From contig CAVNZM010000008.1 in NCBI GenBank assembly GCA_963693365.1, positions 3,005,572 through 3,069,571 on the forward strand: DNA of 64,000 nucleotides. The letters run 5' to 3'. The DNA comes from Amoebidium appalachense (Eukaryota > Protista > Ichthyosporea). Each line of letters opens with the position of its first letter. Position 1 is the stretch's first letter. The notes below the pieces were generated by a model. That model was not told the origin of the DNA and ran no database searches. It worked only from the letters and a program-made list of their open reading frames with translations. A program made the translations under genes and the position numbers. Below are positions 36,763 through 64,000 of the stretch, in pieces.

Positions 36763-37286
36763 CCCTCCCTCTCCTTATCTTCTCCCCCACCCCACCCCCC
36801 CCCCCCCCACCTCCCCTCCGGAGGCTCTCCCCCCCCCCCCCCCCCCCCCTCCCGTCCCCACCTCTCCCCTCCCCCCGCCCACCCACCCATCCACCAACCC
36901 ACCCGCCCACCCACCCACCTAGCATGTACTCATTCAAGTCCAAAAAATCCATGGTTTTCTGAGCTGTCGTGAGAAATACATGTGCCGAACAAGTGCGCAC
37001 ACTCATGAACTGAAACCTGGCAAGTGTAGAGGTCTATACTGTCATACCCTACGATGGATTTGTAGTAGTTTCAGCTTCAGAAATGCTATAAACTTACGTC
37101 ATCGATACTGCAGACTAGTAATATTGCACCACCGCCTGTCGACTGACTCGGAAGCCTGTAGCTCGGAGAGAGGATCCGGAGCCCGAGGGAGACAACTTAG
37201 TACGTATACGTATAGTAAGTTGAGACCGTGTAGCTAAGAATATTTACCCTATAGCAGAAACAGAAAGGTGCCGAGCAAAATAAGAG

Positions 37287-56412
<19,126 letters not shown>

Positions 56413-56715
56413 TTTATAACTATAAATGGTGATGTATGTGGCAACGTGATTGGATAGCATTTATTCTGGTGATTGAATGGTTGTGTCTGATATGGTCATT
56501 TGTTTTTTTTTTGCCCGAGTTGGAAGGATCGGCAGGAAATACTGTCTGTATGCACGAAGGGAATAATATGCAATGAGATCTCTCGATTTCTCCGTGTCAT
56601 GTGTCTGCATATCTGGGACGTGAACACTTTTTGGGGAGGAAAACCCGCTAGACAGGTTGCAATGTTGTCACTTATTGAGCTATTAGGCTTCTCGGAAGGC
56701 ATGAATTTTTTATTT

Positions 56716-56804
<89 letters not shown>

Positions 56805-58354
56805 GATGGTTTGTTTTTACTTGTATATGCACGTATGGTGGTCTTTCAAAACTTCTCGCTCCTTTTTTTTTCTTTGAATGCAAAGGCTGGATTGAAAAAA
56901 GATGCTGCACACAGCTATGGGATGTTGGCTTGAATTGTTGATAAAACTCGTGCACTTCGAATCCCCAATTGTGTCTATTTTGTGTTTTTATTCGTTACAA
57001 ATGATAAGGGGGCACAAACGGTTACCTGAGAACGGTACCGCTAATATATTACCGATATTGACATGTACCAAGGTTTCTGTACGTATGTATACGTATGCAC
57101 TGTGTGGCAGCGGCCCGTTTATAGTGGAATGAGCCACACGTACGAAAGAACAAGTATGATGTCCAAATAAAATGAAGTATGTCACGTTCAAAGAATAATG
57201 CATTCTGTTGAATAGGAACGATAATTGCAAAAGGGTAAAGATTTGGAGACATTCGAATGATTAATTCGAGTTCACCAAGCATGTGTGTGTTTTTACGCGT
57301 ACAAAATCATATCGATGTACACATGTCTGCGGATGCTGCCCCTCAGTGCGGCAAGTGAGTGTAGTACGATGTGTACGTGTACATCTTACACGTGTGTGGT
57401 TGTTTTGCAGTACCGTAATGTACGTGTAGTAATATAGTCATGGTAGCCATGACGGTCATGAGCCAGCTGGGTGCATATTGTAAAACGCGTTGCAACATTA
57501 CAGCGTGTACGTGTAACATGCACATGTACGTACGGCCATATGTATCTCAGTGACTCAGCGGCCCAGCCTAGCCGAAGTTCGAAGGGGATATCGTGTATTT
57601 GCATGTGCAGTCACTGTGTCCATGACATAGCTATAGTGCAATATATCCATGTGATCATCTTGATATTTGATAACTGTTTGCATGCGAGCACCGAGCTCGA
57701 GCTCAGCCTGGTGGAGTAACTGTCACAGTGGAACTTTGCAAGCAATACTATTGTTGTGAGTGTGTGTAGTGTGTGTGTGCCTGTACACGTGCGCGTGTGT
57801 GTGTTTAGTGTGTGAAGCACGTGGACGTGCATTAATATTGTGTGTGTACATGTGTATGTGTGTGTGCGTGCGCGCAGTGTGGTGTATGTGTGTGTGTGTG
57901 TGAGTGTGACTATGATTGAAAAGTGTGCGACTGAGTTGTACAAAAAGATGACTGTGTGCACCTTGTGTGACAGGGCACACGCCCATATCCACCGTGCCAC
58001 GTGTACGGTGCATATAGGCACATGGCACCATCACTGGTACGTACCAAGGCCTCCTATATACTTGGTACCTGTCGGGGTCTGTATGGCAGATTTATATGTA
58101 TTTTGGATCATCACAATATGGTTGCATGTGTGTGTTGCAGCGATGCACGCGTGGTTATAACGAGACACCAGTCGCCATTTCAACCACTTGCAGCACGGTG
58201 TGTGGTTTCACACGTGAGCAGCACCCTCAGTTTTGGCCATGCGTGTAAATAAGAGAAGGTTCGGATTCTTCATTGTTAAGAATGGCGACTCTTGAACAAA
58301 GCCTTTGACGAAAGTGTGCACGGACACGTGCGCATACCATGCCGTACCATAGAC

Positions 58355-58463
<109 letters not shown>

Positions 58464-58880
58464 TTTTATTATTTTTTTTTTTTTTTTTGGGGGGGGGGGG
58501 GGGGTCATGGACTTGTAGAAACACGCAGGTCACACTGCAACGGTATATATATTTGCACATTTATTAAGTGACGTCATCACATACTGCCCCTCACCTCAAA
58601 GATATGCACACAAGCGGTAAGTCCAGCCGCACCGTTGATTCCCACCCAATCAGATCACATGTTGGGAATAAAATGACATCCATCCCCCTTAGTTCCTTTA
58701 CATTCTCGTCTTCATTGTTCTATTTCAATTTGGAATAACATACTATGTAATATTTTGTACAGACTCACATAACTATCATGTGCATGTGGTTGAGTGCCTT
58801 GTCAAGCGCTGGCTGGAACCAACGTCGGCTCAGCAACACGAAACCTGCATACGAAGCAGATTGTCAGAAATGTATCCCCC

Positions 58881-58911
<31 letters not shown>

Positions 58912-59111
58912 ACAGCCACCCACCAAAAACACAGACACACACACACACACACACACACACTCTCTCTCTCACTCTGGTCCGAACCACCATTCCAGGCCTT
59001 CCCAAATTTGACCACGCACACGCCCTCACACGCACGCAACACACGCACACCCACACACCCACACACACACATCGTGCTCCGACATATGCCACCCACCTGT
59101 CCGTCAGACAA

Positions 59112-59284
59112 CTAGCGGGAAGGAGAGGCACTGCCACCACGTGGAGGGGGGCTGCGAGAATCTCTGCGTGGGGACACACTCCTGAAGGCACAGAGTGCGG
59201 TCAGAGTTTCGTGGCATGAGCTTGTCTGTTGAAAAGATTTCCCTATACACACACAGGGTTGTGGGAATCATTTAAGTCCCGCAG

Positions 59285-59322
<38 letters not shown>

Positions 59323-60772
59323 ATAAAAGTACTCCCTTCAATTTTTTTCCTCTTTTGGGTGATGCTTATGTACGTGGGAGGGCCCGGGGAAGGAAGGGGG
59401 GAGGGGAGGGGGCTGTTCCCAAAAACACCCCGTCAAGCCCACTACAGCACACTTCCTCATTTTTGTTCTTCACTCAGTCAAAATCCCCCCTATTTATACA
59501 CCAACCCTACTCTACCCCCCCCCCCCCCCCCCCCCCCCCCCCATACAGACACACATTCTTCCACGAAATGCCCAACACAGCACATTCCCTTCAACCACAC
59601 CACCACTCTACACCCAGCACCCATTCACCCACACCCACACCCACACACACGAAACACACCTGCGGGGGCTGCGAGAGGGGGAGCGACGACGGGCCGGGCT
59701 ACGTCCCCTCGAGCGAGACCTAGAACGATCACGACGGGGGGAGCGGGAGCGAGAACGCGAGCGGCGCCTGTAACCAGGGGAACGTGAACGTGAACGGGAG
59801 CGATAGCGCCCACCACCACGACGGGGACACTCTCTGGCAAAATGACCCAACCGGCCGCATTCGTAACATTCACTGCTTCCGAACTCACGACGGGGACCAC
59901 CGCTAGGACCACCACGAGAGATCTCAACACCTGTGGGGTGGAACGAAGAGGGAGGGGGGGGTTTGGGGGGTGAGGGGGGGGGGGAGGGTGGCCGGGGCGG
60001 GGGGGTTTGCTTCGGGGTTGATCGTGATGGCGCAGGTTGAAAAGGGGAGTTCCGGGGGAGCAAGGTGAGGGTTAGTAGCGGGAAAAAGAAGCCATGAAAC
60101 TAACGAGATATCGTTACTGCTGAGCACATCTTGTTAACGTTTTTAATCTATCCCCCTTTTGCCAACAACTGCAGCTACAGCAAAGCGTCCATACACACAA
60201 ACATTGTAACCTTGGATTTCGGAGAAAAACAACCAAACTTTCAGTACCATATTTGCACCGGCAAAGATGGATGTACACACGCACCCGTACCATGGTCGAG
60301 CGTCAAGCCGTAAAACAACATGTTCAGAGTGATTAGAGGCACACAACGGCACCTTTCAAGTAGCCCTGCAGAGGTTAAAACCTGTGCAGCTGTGGCCGCT
60401 GTGAAGGCAGGAAGACACACTGGTGGCTGCCTAGCAGCTACACAAAACATGCAGGTGTGCTGGATTATGATCATGTTGGTTGCCGTGCATGGGTGGGTGG
60501 GTGGGTGGATGCTACGAAGCGCTGAAGCGCAGAGATGGCAGGCTCAGTAGCGCTGCTGGTGAATGGTTTTTGCACATGAGCTTGGTTCTCGTTTCCCCCC
60601 CATTTTGTCCCTTCCTTTCCCCACCTTTTCTTCGCCGCCCACCCACTACAACTTGACGTGAGGTATATGATACCAGCACACCAACACAGACGAACAACGA
60701 AAAAAAAAAAATGAAAACTCCCACGCCAGGGTAAACACACCATCAGCCCGCAGTTCTCAGCACCTGTATAGA

Positions 60773-60810
<38 letters not shown>

Positions 60811-61080
60811 TAAGCCGAAAACTATTATGAAGACACACGCAACAGACAAACGTGAAAACTTACGCAATCTCTTTCCCCTCAACTCCTGCCCATCCTCCCC
60901 TCTGACGGCATCATCCGCATCGCGTGAGTCCTCAAACCAGACAAACGCAAAGCCGGGGGGTTTGCGAGCCACCCAAACATCAGTAACCCTCCCGTAGCGG
61001 TCGAAAAGGTCTCGGAGGTCGCGCTCATCGAGCCCAAAGTCAAGGTTGCCTACGTACACTTTGGTACCTTTACGGTCCAT
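59112..61080 (-). CDS. SRSF7: SR splicing factor with RRM, CCHC zinc knuckle and RS domain (SRSF7/9G8/RSZ-type), 3 coding exons
   Basis: Exon 1 61080-60864 ([33 protein letters not shown]). Exon 2 59930-59660 ([20 protein letters not shown] plus RS repeats). Exon 3 59181-59112 ([22 protein letters not shown]). GT-AG junctions are in frame. Confidence 0.9.
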
Positions 61081-62251
61081 GTTGGCTGAGCAATGGCATT
61101 AATGGGTGCCCTCAAATGCAACAAGAGAGGTTTGCTAAGCTGTTTGACAACGTCGGTTTCTATATCTACAAAAAAGAAGAAGAGAAAGGAACCCCACTCG
61201 CCTTTCTAAAACGTTGGTAAAGTGAAAAAACAGCGAACTAAACCACTCGGTCGTGAAAGGTGTGACGCTGATACCAGGGTTTTGGGCGGGAAAATTCTGG
61301 CCCACTGGGAAGATTCAGGAAGACACAAGGTTATTTCTAGCGATACAGGATTGGAAACGAGCTAAATTTAGATTTTGCTGGATCTGAGCGATAATTTCGG
61401 AAATTTCGGCAGATTTATCTCCGGTCTATCTATCGAAGGTATATCTCAAGCAACCCGTGGCCTATGCATCAGCTTCCAAAGGCTTTTTATGACAGTAAAC
61501 TGCCATATATTGCACGATTATTATAATTCAGTGATTATTGCTGTTATCATCACACCTCATCTCTTCCGCCCTTTCTCCTCTCCTTTTACCCTCTGGCTTA
61601 GCTCGATTCAAATGCAGCCGGATATTGCTAGCAGAGAGCAAATGTGTGATGCGAACGTCTTCTTCTTTTCTCTCTTTTCTTTTTTTAATTGCATTTCTTG
61701 TGTGTGATTGTGCGCGCGTTTTAATTGCATTTCTTGTGTGTGATTGTGCGCGCGCGTGCGCGAGCGTGTGTGTGTGCGTGTGTGTGTGCGTGTGTGTGTT
61801 CATGTGTTTTTGTGTGTGTGTTATAGGTTGGGGGAGGAGGGGGGGGGGGGGGGGGGCATTCTCTACCGCTAGCATAGATGCCAGTTATTGTTCAGAGTGG
61901 CAAGGGTGTTGCATAAGCCTCACAGTGCAAACAAAACACCTCCAGGGCTTTCCCTTTGATATTTTCATTCGTGACGTCATTTAGAGGAAACACAACAATT
62001 GCAGCTTTGACCTTCTGCAAATAGCTCGCGTATATCACATCTCCAAATATTAAATCTCCAAAACTAAAAGACTCTGCCAGACACAGGAAAATACATCATT
62101 CAAGTTTCAAAACCTTCGTAAAGCATCATGTACTTCTGCGTCAAAAGCGCTAACATAACTCCAATCTAAACTCACCAAGAAACCATTCATGCATGCATAT
62201 GCCTGTACTAAAAATATTGATAGGCCAAAAGAAGGAAAAAAGAGATAGAAA

Positions 62252-62290
<39 letters not shown>

Positions 62291-62580
62291 GGGAGGGAGG
62301 GAGGAAAGGAAAGAGAAAAAAAGAAAAAAGAAAAAAGAAAAAAAGAAAAAAAGAAAGGAAAAACGGGACAAGGTCAATACTGATGCAGCGGTTGTAGCTA
62401 TAAGGGTGCATCAATGGGGGTAATGAGAAGCACCATCATAGCGCAAAAAGACCAAAAAATGTTATACAGCAAATGCACACTATTCTGGAACCTAGCAAAA
62501 CAAAATGCAACAAATAGGGGATGTAAAGAGGAGGGGGAGAGGACCCCGGGGGAAGGGGGTGGGTGGGTCGGTGGGTGGGT

Positions 62581-62626
<46 letters not shown>

Positions 62627-62857
62627 CGAGGGGTACAGCAGCAGTAGCAGCAGGATCGGAGAGGGGGGGAAGGGGGGGGGGGGGGGGGGGGGGGGGAGAT
62701 AAAGAGAGAGGGTGTGTGTGCCTAAATGTGTACCCATGTGCATGCACATGTGTATGCATGTGTGCGTATCTGTATGTGTGCACACGCATGATGTGCGCAT
62801 GTGTGTGTATGGGTGGGTGCGCGCGTATACATGCCACCTAACAGTAAAAAGACCAAG

Positions 62858-63227
62858 TCAGCAGGTAGGGACCCACTTGGCCAGCATCAGGTGGGACATG
62901 GTGAGGGTGGCCAGGCATGCACCGTTTGCATGGCTGTACGCCTTCACGTCCATCCCTGGCCCACGTGTAGGCAGGCGCTGCACCAAGCTGCCACTGGCTA
63001 CATCCCATACTAGCACCTGTATGTAAGGGGTTAGGGATCATAGTTGCAATAATTTAAATCTAATCGAAAAAAAGGTAATTGTTGGTGCCTGGGCATCAAA
63101 GTGCAAAAACCATAAAAAAAATATATGCCCCATACAAGCACTACCAAACGCACGGTTCTCACTCTTGCGCTCTAAAGCCCCTCCCCCCCCCCCCCCCCTC
63201 CCCCCTCCTCCCCCCCCCCCCCCCCAA

Positions 63228-63316
<89 letters not shown>

Positions 63317-63468
63317 AAAAACAAACCAATTTCCATGTTGTCACCACCCATGTCAGTGCACGCCCCTATCATTTTCACCAGAGCCGGCACATGTAGCCCA
63401 AGCCCACTCTTCTCCACTCCCTTTCCCTTCTCTTTTCCAGCTCTTTGTTCTTAACTCTTTTGTGTGAA

Positions 63469-63524
<56 letters not shown>

Positions 63525-63870
63525 GGGGTATTGGGGGGGGGGGGGGGGGGGGGGGGGGTGTTGATTGGTGGTCCACAACTGGGGGAGGAGGAAGGGGGAG
63601 GGGGGAGGGGGTGCGGCGGTTGTGTGTGTGTGTGTGTGTGTGAGGGGGGGGGGGGGGGGGGGGGGAGCTTACGGTGCTTGATGCTTCGTCCGGAGCAGCC
63701 AGAAAATGATTTTGTGATTTAGCCGGACTGGGGAAGAGGGTGGCACGTGACAGAGTTCTCTGCAGGGTTAAGTGTCAGTGTGCATGCAAACATTGAGGGT
63801 TGGATGTGAAAACTACTTCCTTTCGTGAATAATTTGCCATTTCTCAGCACCACACCTGACATGGTGATGC
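62858..63870 (-). CDS. RFWD3: 3' exons of an RFWD3-like WD40 E3 ligase (gene continues beyond the window)
   Basis: Exons 63870-63856 (ASPCQ, tentative micro-exon), 63759-63673 (RTLSRATLFPSPAKSQNHFLAAPDEASST) and 63016-62858 (VLVWDVASGSLVQRLPT..CLATLTMSHLMLAKWVPTC*). These resemble the RFWD3 C-terminus as I recall it (AIFQSP..GDEA..LLWDAASGSLLQ..YLATLT..KW). Confidence 0.7.
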
Positions 63871-63914
63871 CTAAAGGCAACCCCTTACATAGGGAGAGAG
63901 AGATTTTCTTCTTC

Positions 63915-63963
<49 letters not shown>

Positions 63964-64000
63964 CCTCTCCCTCTCTCTCTCTGCAGGTGTGTGTCCCTGT

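Noticed and set aside
57240-58260. Palindrome-rich (TGTACA/ACGTGT) intergenic block as a MITE or Helitron
   Set aside because: No convincing terminal inverted repeats, target duplication or Helitron ends were found by eye.

Overview
Eukaryotic genomic DNA, intron-rich and very rich in simple repeats: poly-C/G, (CA)n, (TGCG)n and (GA)n. The taxon cannot be determined from sequence alone. Genes reconstructed by hand through canonical GT-AG introns: an ADP1-type EGF-repeat ABCG half-transporter (+, ~31 exons), an intronless bacterial-like SDR (-), a GPP34/GOLPH3-family gene (+), CPSF2/CPSF100 (+, ~23 exons), an SRSF7/RSZ-type SR protein (-), and the 3' end of an RFWD3-like WD40 gene (-). Mobile DNA: a Harbinger-like MITE, a 1.7-kb non-autonomous hAT-like element and a 5'-truncated LINE. 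The most unusual feature is a dispersed repeat family of at least 10 copies in two subfamilies, one of them an exact 450-bp tandem array. The well-preserved copies share one 3' end fused to a poly-C tract and have variable 5' truncations. Full units hold a covariation-supported RNA fold with a kink-turn, palindromic loops and all three hammerhead ribozyme core strands in a non-canonical order. This is a candidate poly-C/G-targeting retrozyme or Penelope-like system; activity is untested. Exon coordinates were read by eye and may be off by a few nt.
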